The position numbers and the translations under genes were made by a program. Of a stretch of DNA of 64,000 nt, positions 19,071-28,759 are shown in pieces. The stretch is from an uncultured SAR86 cluster bacterium (GTDB taxonomy: Bacteria; Pseudomonadota; Gammaproteobacteria; Magnimaribacterales; D2472). Numbering within the stretch: position 1 is the first letter of the stretch; each line of letters opens with the position of its first letter. The notes beneath the pieces were generated by a model that was not told the origin of the DNA, searched no databases, and saw nothing but the letters and a program-made list of their open reading frames with translations. Where the stretch lies: contig CACNUQ010000005.1 of NCBI GenBank assembly GCA_902623685.1, positions 44 to 64,043 of the forward strand, written 5' to 3'.

Positions 19071-20176
19071 AAAAAAAATTTATTTTTACTTTAAACGTTT
19101 ACCTGCTTTTTTTCAGTGTATCAATTTTTGCTGATGTTCTTGATGATTTAATCCTTGAGCCAGGATTTAGTATTTCTATTTTTGCTGAAAACCTTGATTC
19201 TCCAAGACAAATGGTTGAAGGAAAGAATGGTACTATTTTTGTAGGCGAAAGAAACGGCAAAATATTAGCACTAAGAGATTTAGATAATAATGGTCAAGTT
19301 GATTCAAAAATTTTAGTTGCAGATGGACTTACATATTCGACAGGAGTAAGTTTGTTTAATGGCGATTTATATTTTTCTGAGATCAGCCAGATTTGGAAAA
19401 TTGAAAATATTGAAAATTGGATTGCTAATTACTCTGTGAATTCAAAATTGCCTGAAAAAATTTTAGTGGTTGATAACTTGCCAGATGATAAATGGCATGG
19501 TTGGAAGTGGCTTCAACATGATCAAGATGGAAGTTTATATTTTAATATTGGCGCTCCATGTAATATTTGTTTATCAGAGAATCCTCAGTTTGCTTCAATT
19601 TTAAAATATAAAGACGGCAATCTAAGTTATGTAGCTAAAGGAGTTAGAAATACAGTTGGATTCGATTTTCATCCAGTAACTAACAAGCTCTATTTTACTG
19701 ATAATGGAAGGGACTGGCTTGGTGATGATTCTCCATCCTGTGAGCTAAACAGGCTTGATTTTGAAGGGCAATTTTTTGGTTATCCATTCAAACATGCATC
19801 AAATGTGATTGATCCAGAGTTTGGCAATATGAATCCTGGCTATGATTTTGTAGATCCTATATTGGAGTTAGGGGCTCATGTCGCACCTACTGGGGTTAGT
19901 TTTTATGATGGTGACATGTTCCCTGAAAAAATGCGAAATAATCTTTTTATTGCATTGCATGGATCATGGAATCGAACCAAAAAAGTTGGTTATAAACTGA
20001 TTCGCGTTCAAATAGATAAGGAAGGCAACGTTTTAAATACATCTGACTTTGTAAGTGGTTGGCTGAGGGATGAAAAGGTTTCTGGCAGACCTTCTGCACC
20101 TATCATGAAAAGTGATGGCAGCTTATTGTTGTCTGATGATAAGGCAAATGTTATTTATAGAATTACATATAAATAA
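19067..20176 (+). CDS. Secreted PQQ-dependent sugar (glucose/sorbosone) dehydrogenase-like beta-propeller
   Basis: Signal peptide (LLFFSVSIFA), then the soluble GDH / sorbosone dehydrogenase family pattern (HGWKWLQHDQDGSLYFNIGAPCN, TDNGRDWLGDDSP-CELN, HVAPTGVSFY). ATGA overlap with the upstream gene. Confidence 0.65.
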   Translation: MKKKFIFTLNVYLLFFSVSIFADVLDDLILEPGFSISIFAENLDSPRQMVEGKNGTIFVGERNGKILALRDLDNNGQVDSKILVADGLTYSTGVSLFNGDLYFSEISQIWKIENIENWIANYSVNSKLPEKILVVDNLPDDKWHGWKWLQHDQDGSLYFNIGAPCNICLSENPQFASILKYKDGNLSYVAKGVRNTVGFDFHPVTNKLYFTDNGRDWLGDDSPSCELNRLDFEGQFFGYPFKHASNVIDPEFGNMNPGYDFVDPILELGAHVAPTGVSFYDGDMFPEKMRNNLFIALHGSWNRTKKVGYKLIRVQIDKEGNVLNTSDFVSGWLRDEKVSGRPSAPIMKSDGSLLLSDDKANVIYRITYK

Positions 20177-20181
20177 TTATT

Positions 20182-21204
20182 ATGAGGGTAGGTATTGCTG
20201 GATATGGCGTTGTTGGAAAAAAAAGATATTCTTCCATCATTAAAAATACCTCATTTAAAGTAACTGATATTTCAGAGGTTAATCCCACTGCCAGAGATGA
20301 GATACCTGATGGAGTAAATGTTTTTAATAATTATCAAGATCTTATTTTAAAGGCTGATTTAGATATTATTTTTATAAGCTTGCCAAATAAATATGCCTCA
20401 GACGCAGTTTCATTAAGTCTAAAAAAAGGCTTGAATGTTTTCTGTGAAAAACCTCCAGCAAGAACACTTGAAGAACTGCTGGACGTACAAAAAATATATA
20501 AAAAAAATCCTCATGTAAAATTAATGTATGGATTCAACCATAGATTTCATTTGTCCGTAGAAGAAGCTAAAACAATAATTGATAGTAAAAATTATGGAAA
20601 GGTTATTAATCTGAAAGGCGTTTATGGGAAGTCACAAATGATAGATTTCAACCAAACCGATTGGAGGACCAAAAGAGAGGAGTCTGGAGGGGGCATATTA
20701 TTAGATCAAGGAATACACATGCTTGACTTGATAAGGTATTTATCTGGAGAAAATTTCTCAAATGTCTTCTCTTTTATTAATAATGCATTCTGGAATTTTG
20801 ATGTAGAAGATAATGCATATGTTTTGATGCAATCTCCTAAAGGTGTAGTGGCTCAATTGCACTCATCTGCTACACAGTGGAGGCATGTATTTAATTTAGA
20901 AATTACTCTTCAAAAAGGCTCGCTTTTGCTTGGAGGCCTGCTTACAGGCTCAAAAAGTTATGGTGATGAAACATTACGAATCATAACTTCTAATCCTGAG
21001 AAAGATAAGGGGATGCCAGAAGAGACAACTAAAAAATATAATGAAGATGTATCATGGGATAATGAAATAAAGTATTTTTCAAACTGCTTGGCTAACAATT
21101 TAGAAATTGAAAGGGGAAGCATTGGGGACGCTGTAGAAACAATGAAGTTGGTTGAAACTATCTATAAAGCTGACCCTAAATGGAAAAAGAAATACTATAA
21201 CTAA
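20182..21204 (+). CDS. Gfo/Idh/MocA family oxidoreductase
   Basis: N-terminal Rossmann segment MRVGIAGYGVVGKKR, and the EKP motif (VFCEKPPA) typical of the family. Confidence 0.75.
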   Translation: MRVGIAGYGVVGKKRYSSIIKNTSFKVTDISEVNPTARDEIPDGVNVFNNYQDLILKADLDIIFISLPNKYASDAVSLSLKKGLNVFCEKPPARTLEELLDVQKIYKKNPHVKLMYGFNHRFHLSVEEAKTIIDSKNYGKVINLKGVYGKSQMIDFNQTDWRTKREESGGGILLDQGIHMLDLIRYLSGENFSNVFSFINNAFWNFDVEDNAYVLMQSPKGVVAQLHSSATQWRHVFNLEITLQKGSLLLGGLLTGSKSYGDETLRIITSNPEKDKGMPEETTKKYNEDVSWDNEIKYFSNCLANNLEIERGSIGDAVETMKLVETIYKADPKWKKKYYN

Positions 21205-21217
21205 AAAAGGGTCATTT

Positions 21218-21796
21218 ATGAGCACATCTTCAGCATATTCAACTAATTACTTAGAGTATTTAACTGATCTTATTTCTCAATTAGATCGAGAGGCAATAGG
21301 CCAATTTGCAGATTTGCTTCTTGAATCTAGAGAGTCTTCAACTACTACATTTTTTCTCGGTAATGGAGGTAGTGCATCTACTGCCACTCATTTTGTAAAT
21401 GATGTGTCTCTTGGAAGTCGGCAATTTGAGAAACCTTTTCGAGCAATCAGTCTTTGCGATAATCAGGCAGTTATAACAGCCATTGCAAATGATGATGGAT
21501 ACGAAAATATATTTTTGCAACAGCTTCAAACCTTAGCTAAGCCTGGAGATAATATTGTTTGCATATCTGCATCAGGGAACTCTAAAAATTTAATTAAAGC
21601 GGTTGAATATGCAAAAGATAATGGAATTTTTGTAGTTGGATTAACTGCTTTTGATGGGGGATATTTAAAAGATAATTGTAATTTAAATATTCATGTTCCA
21701 ACTAAAGTTGGTGAATATGGCCCCGCTGAAGATTTGCACATGGTAGTTTGTGGTTTAGTTGGATCTTATTTTAGAGAAAAATTTTTGGATGCTTGA
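21218..21796 (+). CDS. SIS-domain sugar-phosphate isomerase (GmhA-like)
   Basis: FFLGNGGSASTATHFVNDV, AIANDDGYENIF and CISASGNSKN match GmhA-type SIS motifs. The ATG at 21218 follows AAAAGGG. The track start at 21152 is a TTG inside the upstream gene. Confidence 0.75.
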   Translation: MSTSSAYSTNYLEYLTDLISQLDREAIGQFADLLLESRESSTTTFFLGNGGSASTATHFVNDVSLGSRQFEKPFRAISLCDNQAVITAIANDDGYENIFLQQLQTLAKPGDNIVCISASGNSKNLIKAVEYAKDNGIFVVGLTAFDGGYLKDNCNLNIHVPTKVGEYGPAEDLHMVVCGLVGSYFREKFLDA

Positions 21797-22529
21797 TTTA
21801 AATCAATGCCTCAATACTGCAAAGTCTGCAGCTTTATTAGCTGGAAAGTTCTTAGTAAATGCAAAAGGGCAAAGCTTGGAAATATTATCAAATACCGGCA
21901 GAGATCTTAAGCTTCAATTAGATATTGACACAGAAAAACTTATTAAAGACCATATAACTTCTGACAGCTCATATCCAATTTTAGGAGAGGAAACAGGTTC
22001 AAGTGGAGATCTTGGCAACACATATTGGGTTGTAGATCCTCTAGATGGAACTTCAAATTTTTTAAGAGGTATACCTATAAGCTGTGTTTCAATTGCCTTA
22101 ATGCAAGATATGAAACCCATGCTTGGAGTAATATACGATTTTAACCATGATGAAATATATTGGGGTCATAAGGAATCTAAGGCTTATATTGACGACAAGG
22201 AAATTAGCGTCTCATCTCTTTCACAAAAAAGCGAGTCTACACTTGTGACCGGAATTCCAGCCAAAACAAATTATTCTGATAGCGAGTTTAGTGAAATGAT
22301 ATCTAATTTTCAGGCATGGAAAAAAATCAGAATGATCGGGTCTGCAGCTATGGCTGCGTGCTATGTTGCTTCAGGAAAAGCTGAGACTTACAAAGAAGAT
22401 GGAATTTTTCTTTGGGACATTGCAGCTGGCGCTGCTATTGTAAATGCTGCAGGAGGCCTTGCATCTATTACTAATATTCAAACTGATTATCGGGTAAATG
22501 CAAAATTTACCAATAATATAATAGAGTAA
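21789..22529 (+). CDS. Inositol monophosphatase-family sugar phosphatase
   Basis: IMPase motifs ILGEE, WVVDPLDGTSNF and WDIAAG. The start at 21789 (ATGCTTGA overlap with the upstream stop) gives a SuhB-like N-terminus. An earlier alternative start lies at 21759. Confidence 0.75.
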   Translation: MLDLNQCLNTAKSAALLAGKFLVNAKGQSLEILSNTGRDLKLQLDIDTEKLIKDHITSDSSYPILGEETGSSGDLGNTYWVVDPLDGTSNFLRGIPISCVSIALMQDMKPMLGVIYDFNHDEIYWGHKESKAYIDDKEISVSSLSQKSESTLVTGIPAKTNYSDSEFSEMISNFQAWKKIRMIGSAAMAACYVASGKAETYKEDGIFLWDIAAGAAIVNAAGGLASITNIQTDYRVNAKFTNNIIE

Positions 22530-22533
22530 TAAT

Positions 22534-23499
22534 TTGAATACTATAGATACAGTTGCAGTTGCATCAAGATCCTTTTCAAAAAATGATGACTTGGTAAAAA
22601 ATCTGCAAAGCAAGTACTCATCAGTCATATTAAATAATTTTGGTAAAACTCTTCAAGGAGACGAGTTGGTTAATTTTTTGATGCCTGCAACAAAAGCAAT
22701 AATAGGTATTGAAGAATTAACTGAGCCAGTTCTTGATAAACTTTCAAAACTAAAAGTTATCAGCAAATATGGCGTTGGTTTGAATAATCTTGATTTAAAG
22801 CTTCTTAAAAAAAGAAATATTAGATTAGGATTTACTCCAGGTGTAAATAAACAGAGTGTTGCAGAATTGACGCTTACGCTAATACTAATTGGTCTTAAAA
22901 AAATTCAGGACAATAACATAGATATAATTAATGGTAACTGGTCACAAGAAAAAGGGTCAGAGCTTTATGGAAAAAATATTGGATTGCTTGGATTTGGAAA
23001 TATTGGTCAAAAACTAGTATCGCTTTTGCAACCTTTTGACTGCAAGATCTCATTTTTTGATGAAAAAAAATTTTCTAAGGAGGATATATCAAATATTTCA
23101 TCAAACTTAAATTTTGAACCTAATTTGATAAAGCAAATGTCTTTACAGCAGGTATTAAAAGAATCAGATATATTAAGTATTCATCTTCCCTTGAATGCAT
23201 CAACTGAGAATATAATCTCATTAGAAGAACTTAATGAATTGAGATCAAATGTTTGCATTGTGAATACTGCAAGAGGCGGGATTGTAAATGAGAAGGATCT
23301 TTATATTTTTCTATCAGAAAATCCTCGCAGTTATGCAGGATTCGATGTTTACAAGGAAGAGCCTGCTATAAATAATCCATTGTTTAAATTAAAAAACTTT
23401 TTTGGAACTTCGCATCGGTCTAGCCTTACAAATGAAGGCATTCTTTCAATGGGGCTGGCTGCTATTAATGGATTAGATGATAATATTGATATCACCTAA
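22534..23499 (+). CDS. D-isomer-specific 2-hydroxyacid dehydrogenase (PGDH-like)
   Basis: NAD-binding motif GLLGFGNIGQKL, NTARGGIVNE and a histidine near the C-terminus (GTSHRSS). TTG start. Confidence 0.75.
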   Translation: MNTIDTVAVASRSFSKNDDLVKNLQSKYSSVILNNFGKTLQGDELVNFLMPATKAIIGIEELTEPVLDKLSKLKVISKYGVGLNNLDLKLLKKRNIRLGFTPGVNKQSVAELTLTLILIGLKKIQDNNIDIINGNWSQEKGSELYGKNIGLLGFGNIGQKLVSLLQPFDCKISFFDEKKFSKEDISNISSNLNFEPNLIKQMSLQQVLKESDILSIHLPLNASTENIISLEELNELRSNVCIVNTARGGIVNEKDLYIFLSENPRSYAGFDVYKEEPAINNPLFKLKNFFGTSHRSSLTNEGILSMGLAAINGLDDNIDIT

Positions 23500-23511
23500 C
23501 AGATAAACTTT

Positions 23512-24240
23512 ATGAGTAAACTTTCTATCGGTACATGGTTAAGCTTGCCTAATGAATCTATAGCCGAAATTTTTGCTAATGCTGGATATGAATGGATCGT
23601 AATTGATCTTGAGCATAGCAGCATTGGCATTAATCAAGCAGAACAATTAATTAGAGTAATAGATTTAGCTGGATCAAAGCCATTTGTTAGATTGTCTGGG
23701 CATGATCCTTCGCAGATAAAAAGGGTTTTAGATGCTGGAGCTAAAGGTATTTTAGCTCCTATGATAGAGACTGTTCATCAAACAGAAAGCATAATTTCTG
23801 CATGCCAATATCCACCTGATGGAACTAGAGGCATGGGCCTTGCTAGAGCTCAAGGGTATGGAGAAAATTCTGCTAAAAATAAATATATTAATCAAAAAGT
23901 AAATGAAATTGAGATATATGTTCAAATTGAATCTAAAAAGGGCTTAAAAAATTGTAAAGAAATTTTTTCTAAGAATATAAATGGCTATTTTATTGGTCCG
24001 TATGATCTTTCAGCATCTTTAAATAATCCAGGAAAATTTGATACCAATGAATTTTATAGTGCTGAAAAAATTATATTATCTGCAGCAAAAGAGGAGGGCA
24101 TCAAATGTGGATATCATCTTGTTGAACCCGACAAAGACAAAATTAATGAACTTAATGATAAAGGATATAATATGATTGCTTTTAGTGTTGACATCAGAAT
24201 GCTAGATGTCACTGCAAGACTTCCTTTTAATTTAAAATGA
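23512..24240 (+). CDS. HpcH/HpaI-family class II (pyruvate-specific) aldolase
   Basis: GTWLSLPN, IDLEHS, PFVRL, MIETV and YVQIES follow the HpcH/HpaI aldolase pattern. 242 aa. Confidence 0.7.
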   Translation: MSKLSIGTWLSLPNESIAEIFANAGYEWIVIDLEHSSIGINQAEQLIRVIDLAGSKPFVRLSGHDPSQIKRVLDAGAKGILAPMIETVHQTESIISACQYPPDGTRGMGLARAQGYGENSAKNKYINQKVNEIEIYVQIESKKGLKNCKEIFSKNINGYFIGPYDLSASLNNPGKFDTNEFYSAEKIILSAAKEEGIKCGYHLVEPDKDKINELNDKGYNMIAFSVDIRMLDVTARLPFNLK

Positions 24241-24995
24241 AAAAAACTTTAGGAGTTATTCCGGCAAGAATGTCTTCATCTCGCTTTCCAGGAAAACCGC
24301 TTGAAAAGATTCTTAATATTCCTATGTTAGCTCACTGTTATGAAAGAGCGCTTTTATCAGGTGTCTGCGATAATTTATTGATTGCAACACCAGATCAAGA
24401 AATCATAGATTGGGCTAATCAATTTGAAATACCTTCGATATTAACTAGTCATTCTCATAAGAGAGCTACTGAACGGGCAAAAGAGACATTAGATATTCTT
24501 GCAAATGATGGTCTGCACTATGATTTAGTGCTTTTGTTACAGGGAGATGAGCCTCAAATTTTTCCCCAAGATATTAGCAATCTCAAACAAGCATTTTCTG
24601 ATAAAGAACTTGAAGTAGTAAATTTAGTTTTTCCTATTTCAGATGATGGCCTTGAAGATCCCAATGTAGTAAAAGTAGCTCTTGATAAAAATCTAACTAT
24701 TCATTTTTTCTCTAGATCGCATATTCCACACGACTGCGTAAGTGGATATAGACAGTTGGGCATGATAGGTCTAACAAAAAAAGCTCTTAATAACTATGTC
24801 AGTCTTTTACCAACAGCTCTTGAAGAGGTTGAATCCATAGATATGATGAGATTTATTGAAAATGATTTATCAATACAAGGAGTTTTATCTACTTCACAAA
24901 TCCTTGGCGTTGACACACCGCAAGATTTAAAAAAGGTAGAAAAAATAATGATGCATGATAAATTTGTTAATTTATACAAAGAAAAATATATCTAG
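24237..24995 (+). CDS. KdsB/NeuA-family ulosonic-acid cytidylyltransferase
   Basis: The N-terminus GVIPARMSSSRFPGKPL closely resembles E. coli KdsB (IIPARYASTRLPGKPL). LQGDEP motif. ATGA overlap with the upstream gene. Confidence 0.8.
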   Translation: MKKTLGVIPARMSSSRFPGKPLEKILNIPMLAHCYERALLSGVCDNLLIATPDQEIIDWANQFEIPSILTSHSHKRATERAKETLDILANDGLHYDLVLLLQGDEPQIFPQDISNLKQAFSDKELEVVNLVFPISDDGLEDPNVVKVALDKNLTIHFFSRSHIPHDCVSGYRQLGMIGLTKKALNNYVSLLPTALEEVESIDMMRFIENDLSIQGVLSTSQILGVDTPQDLKKVEKIMMHDKFVNLYKEKYI

Positions 24996-25009
24996 TAAAG
25001 TTCTGTATT

Positions 25010-26431
25010 ATGAGAGGTGTTATTTGGTTTAGAACTGATTTAAGGATTGATGACAATCCTGCATTACGCAATGCATTAGATAATTGTGAAGAGGTTATTG
25101 GAATATATATATTCTCTCAGCTCCAGTGGAAGACTCACAATGAATCCAATGTAAAGCTTGAGTTTCTTATTGAGAATTTAACCTTTTTAGAAAAGTCGTT
25201 ATCAAAACTAAATATCCCATTGATAACAATTAACACTGATTCTTTTGATTCTTTACCGAAAGATTTATGTTCATTTGTAGTCTCAAATAAAGTTAGACAA
25301 ATTTTTTGGAATAATGAATTTGGAGTAAATGAATCGAAAAGAGATTTACTATCTTGTGCAATGCTTGAAAAAGAAAATGTTAAGACTTTAAGATTTGATG
25401 ATCAAGTTATTTATGAGCCTGGATATCTTAAAACAGGACAAGGCAAACCATTCTCTGTTTTTACTCCCTTTAAGAGAAGATGGATTGAAAATTTTGAAAT
25501 GGATTTTTTGGATATCAATTACACACACCCTTCTAAAAAACCTATTAATATTGAAAGTGATTTATCTAAAATAGAATTTGTGAGAACTCACTCTGTCAAT
25601 ATGGATCTTTGGCCCGCAGGTGAGAGCGCAGCTCTAGAAAGACTTTCTAATTTTTTAAGCATCAAAGCAGATTTATATAGTGAATCAAGAAATTCACCTA
25701 TCCTTGATGGGACAAGCCGAATTTCTCCTTATCTTGCGTTAGGTATTCTCTCTCCAAGAAGATGTATTTTAGAAGGCTTAAAGCTTAACAATTATGAATT
25801 TACTTCTGGCAATAAAGGTATTTGCAAATGGATTGATGAAATAGTTTGGAGAGAATTTTACAGAAACATAATGCATTGTTTTCCAAGAGTCAGCAAAAAT
25901 AGACCCTTTCAAACACATACTGAGAATCTAAAATGGCGATACTCAGAAAAAGATCTGCAGTCTTTCTATTCAGGCAATACTGGTTTCCCAATAGTTGACG
26001 CAGGCATTAGACAAATGCTTACCGAGGGCTGGATGCATAATAGATTAAGAATGGTGGTGGCAATGTTTTTTACAAAAAATATGCTTCATGATTGGAGATT
26101 AGGTGAAAAATTCTTTATGGAAAATTTAATTGATGGTGACTTTGCTTCTAATAATGGAGGCTGGCAATGGAGCGCTTCAACTGGAACAGATGCAGCACCA
26201 TACTTTAGGATTTTTAATCCAATAACGCAGTCCACGAATTTTGATCCAGAAGGGAAATTCATTAAAAAATTTATACCTGAGCTCAATATGCTTTCGAGTA
26301 AAGAAGTTCATCTGCCCAAAACAGATCTTTTAACAAGCTTCAATTATCCCTCACCGATTTTGGATTTAAAATCTTCCAGATTAAGGGCTATTGAGGTTTT
26401 TAAAGAAAACAACGCAACTAGAGATGCATAA
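25010..26431 (+). CDS. phrB: Deoxyribodipyrimidine photolyase (class I CPD)
   Basis: Collinear with E. coli PhrB as I recall it: WFRTDLRIDDNPAL, TSRISPYLALGILSPR, WREFYR, GFPIVDAGIRQMLTEGWMHNRLRM, DGDFASNNGGWQWSASTGTDAAPYFRIFNP. Confidence 0.95.
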   Translation: MRGVIWFRTDLRIDDNPALRNALDNCEEVIGIYIFSQLQWKTHNESNVKLEFLIENLTFLEKSLSKLNIPLITINTDSFDSLPKDLCSFVVSNKVRQIFWNNEFGVNESKRDLLSCAMLEKENVKTLRFDDQVIYEPGYLKTGQGKPFSVFTPFKRRWIENFEMDFLDINYTHPSKKPINIESDLSKIEFVRTHSVNMDLWPAGESAALERLSNFLSIKADLYSESRNSPILDGTSRISPYLALGILSPRRCILEGLKLNNYEFTSGNKGICKWIDEIVWREFYRNIMHCFPRVSKNRPFQTHTENLKWRYSEKDLQSFYSGNTGFPIVDAGIRQMLTEGWMHNRLRMVVAMFFTKNMLHDWRLGEKFFMENLIDGDFASNNGGWQWSASTGTDAAPYFRIFNPITQSTNFDPEGKFIKKFIPELNMLSSKEVHLPKTDLLTSFNYPSPILDLKSSRLRAIEVFKENNATRDA

Positions 26432-26473
26432 TTTCTTTAGTTATAATTGAACTCAAAAAATAGGAAAATTTAT

Positions 26474-27895
26474 ATGAAAGAAATGCACAAATTTTATATT
26501 AATGGCGAATGGGTAAATTCATTGGGTTCTGAAACTATTGAAGTAATCAATCCATCAGATGAATCGATCATTGGTTCAATTGCTGCTGGCACTAAAGAGG
26601 ATATTGATGTCGCAGTAGCTGCTGCAAAGGATGCATTTAAATCTTTTGGTTTCTCTTCCAAGGAAGAAAGAATTGCATTGCTTGAAAATATAATTATAGA
26701 GTATGAAAAAAGATCTGAAGAACTAGCACAAACTATATCTTCAGAAATGGGAGCGCCATTGTGGCTTTCTAATGTAGCGCAAGTCACATCAGGCCTATCT
26801 CATTTTAAAGACACATTAAGTGTATTAAAGTCGTTTGAGTTTGAAACTACTGAAAATGAATACATTGTAAGAAAGGAGCCAATAGGGGTAATTGGAATGA
26901 TAACACCCTGGAATTGGCCCATGAATCAAATGTGTACAAAAGTTGCCTCAGCAATTGCATCAGGCTGTACCATGGTTTTAAAGCCAAGCGAGATAACTCC
27001 ATTTTGTGGGATTATATTTGCTGAAATTTTGGATGCTGCAAAAGTACCTGCCGGAGTATTTAATCTAGTTAATGGGATGGGGCCAATTGCCGGCGCTGCT
27101 CTTTCCGAACATCAAGACATTGATATGATGCATTTCACTGGTTCAACTAGAGCTGGAGTAGCTGTGGCAATTGCTTCTGCTCCAACCGTTAAAAGAGTTG
27201 CACAGGAGCTTGGTGGGAAATCAGCAAATATTATCTTAGATGATGCTGATATTGAAAAAGCAGCGGCAGCTGGAGCAAATCATTGCTTTATGAATACTGG
27301 TCAATCCTGCAATGCTCCAACGAGAATGTTAGTCTCATCAAAAAATTATGACAAAGCAGTAGAGGCTGCTGCTCAGGTTGCAAATTCGACTATAGTAGGT
27401 GCTCCCGAAGACGAGGGAGTAAAAATAGGACCAATTTCAAATAAAGTTCAGTACGAAAAAGTTCAAAGATTGATCCAGATTGGAATTGATGAGGGTGCAA
27501 GACTTGTTGCAGGAGGGCTTGGGCGACCAGATGGAATTTCAGAAGGTTATTTTGTTAAACCTACTGTTTTTGCTGACGTTACTAATGATATGACTATTGC
27601 TAGAGAGGAGATATTTGGTCCGGTTCTGAGTATCTTGAAATATGAAACAGAAGATGAAGCAATTGATATTGCTAATGATACAGAGTATGGATTAGCTGGA
27701 TACGTTCAATCTGGAGACGAAAACCATGCTAAGGACGTTGCTAGAAAGATTAGAGCAGGTCAGATTAGTATAAATAGAGGAAATACAGGTCCTGCAGCTC
27801 CATTTGGAGGTTTTAAGACTTCTGGAAATGGAAGAGAGCACGGATTAAGCGGTCTTAATGAATGCCTTGAGACAAAAGCGATATTAGGAAGTTAG
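26474..27895 (+). CDS. NAD(P)-dependent aldehyde dehydrogenase
   Basis: ALDH signatures ITPWNWP, ELGGKS, FMNTGQSCNA (catalytic Cys) and EEIFGPV. The ATG at 26474 follows AGGAAA. Confidence 0.9.
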   Translation: MKEMHKFYINGEWVNSLGSETIEVINPSDESIIGSIAAGTKEDIDVAVAAAKDAFKSFGFSSKEERIALLENIIIEYEKRSEELAQTISSEMGAPLWLSNVAQVTSGLSHFKDTLSVLKSFEFETTENEYIVRKEPIGVIGMITPWNWPMNQMCTKVASAIASGCTMVLKPSEITPFCGIIFAEILDAAKVPAGVFNLVNGMGPIAGAALSEHQDIDMMHFTGSTRAGVAVAIASAPTVKRVAQELGGKSANIILDDADIEKAAAAGANHCFMNTGQSCNAPTRMLVSSKNYDKAVEAAAQVANSTIVGAPEDEGVKIGPISNKVQYEKVQRLIQIGIDEGARLVAGGLGRPDGISEGYFVKPTVFADVTNDMTIAREEIFGPVLSILKYETEDEAIDIANDTEYGLAGYVQSGDENHAKDVARKIRAGQISINRGNTGPAAPFGGFKTSGNGREHGLSGLNECLETKAILGS

Positions 27896-27898
27896 TTT

Positions 27899-28711
27899 TT
27901 ACTCAAATAAATCAGGCTCTTTTTGAGTAATCATATCGTACATAGGCTGAAAACTTGCCCATGCTGCTAATTCATTCGCTATAAAATCTCTGGTTTTTAC
28001 TGCTGTATCATGGGGAATTAAAGTAGGCTTTCCTGCAGCTTCAGCCAACAGCTGGGATTGACAACAGCGTTCGAGTGATAAGAAATACCATAAAGCTATA
28101 TCTATAGACGATCCTGTGGAAAGTATTCCGTGATTTTGCATAATTAATACTTGCTTATCTCCAAGCGCATTAGCTATTCTTTCTCCCTCACTAGTATCTT
28201 CAGAGACTCCGGAAAAATCGTCATAGATTGCTTGTCGTTCATAAAAAGCACATGAATCTTGAGATATAGGGTCAAGAAACTTCCCTAAAGTTGAAAATGT
28301 TTTACCGTACATTGAATGAGAATGGGCAGCAGCATTAACATCAGGTCTTGCCATATGAAGCCTGGAATGAATAGTGAATGCAGCAATGTTTACAGATCTA
28401 TCTCCTTGAACAATTTCTCCTTCATGATTAACTAACAACAAATCTGAAACTTTTATCTGGCCAAAGTGAACTCCAATTGGGTTAACCCAGAAGTGATCAG
28501 AAAATTCTGGATCTCTAACAGTGATGTGGCCAGCAACACCTTCATCGTAACCAAAATGAGAAAATAACCTAAAACCCGCAGTAAGTTTTTCTAGCTCATG
28601 CCTTCTTTTTTCTTCCATAGTTGTGCATTCGACTGTCTCATTAATGCCTTTAGGCTTCTGAGGTAGTTTGCCTTTGTTAATATCTATACTAATTGGTACA
28701 ACTTTTGCCAT
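27899..28711 (-). CDS. Class II aldolase/adducin-family protein
   Basis: GHITVRDP, metal-binding HSHS, and MQNHGILSTG. 270 aa. Confidence 0.75.
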   Translation of the reverse strand: MAKVVPISIDINKGKLPQKPKGINETVECTTMEEKRRHELEKLTAGFRLFSHFGYDEGVAGHITVRDPEFSDHFWVNPIGVHFGQIKVSDLLLVNHEGEIVQGDRSVNIAAFTIHSRLHMARPDVNAAAHSHSMYGKTFSTLGKFLDPISQDSCAFYERQAIYDDFSGVSEDTSEGERIANALGDKQVLIMQNHGILSTGSSIDIALWYFLSLERCCQSQLLAEAAGKPTLIPHDTAVKTRDFIANELAAWASFQPMYDMITQKEPDLFE

Positions 28712-28759
28712 AATGAATTCCTTAAAGTGTAAAATAGTTTACCCAATTATGGAGCTAAT

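Noticed and set aside
21152-21217. Longer 5' extensions offered by the ORF track for several genes (21152, 7582, 26447, 41706, 46005, 60072)
   Set aside because: These extensions mostly begin at a TTG (26447 begins at an ATG) and either overlap the upstream gene or lack an upstream RBS (7582, 26447, 60072). Downstream ATGs, several of them preceded by a purine-rich RBS, give N-termini that match family norms, so I used the shorter coordinates.
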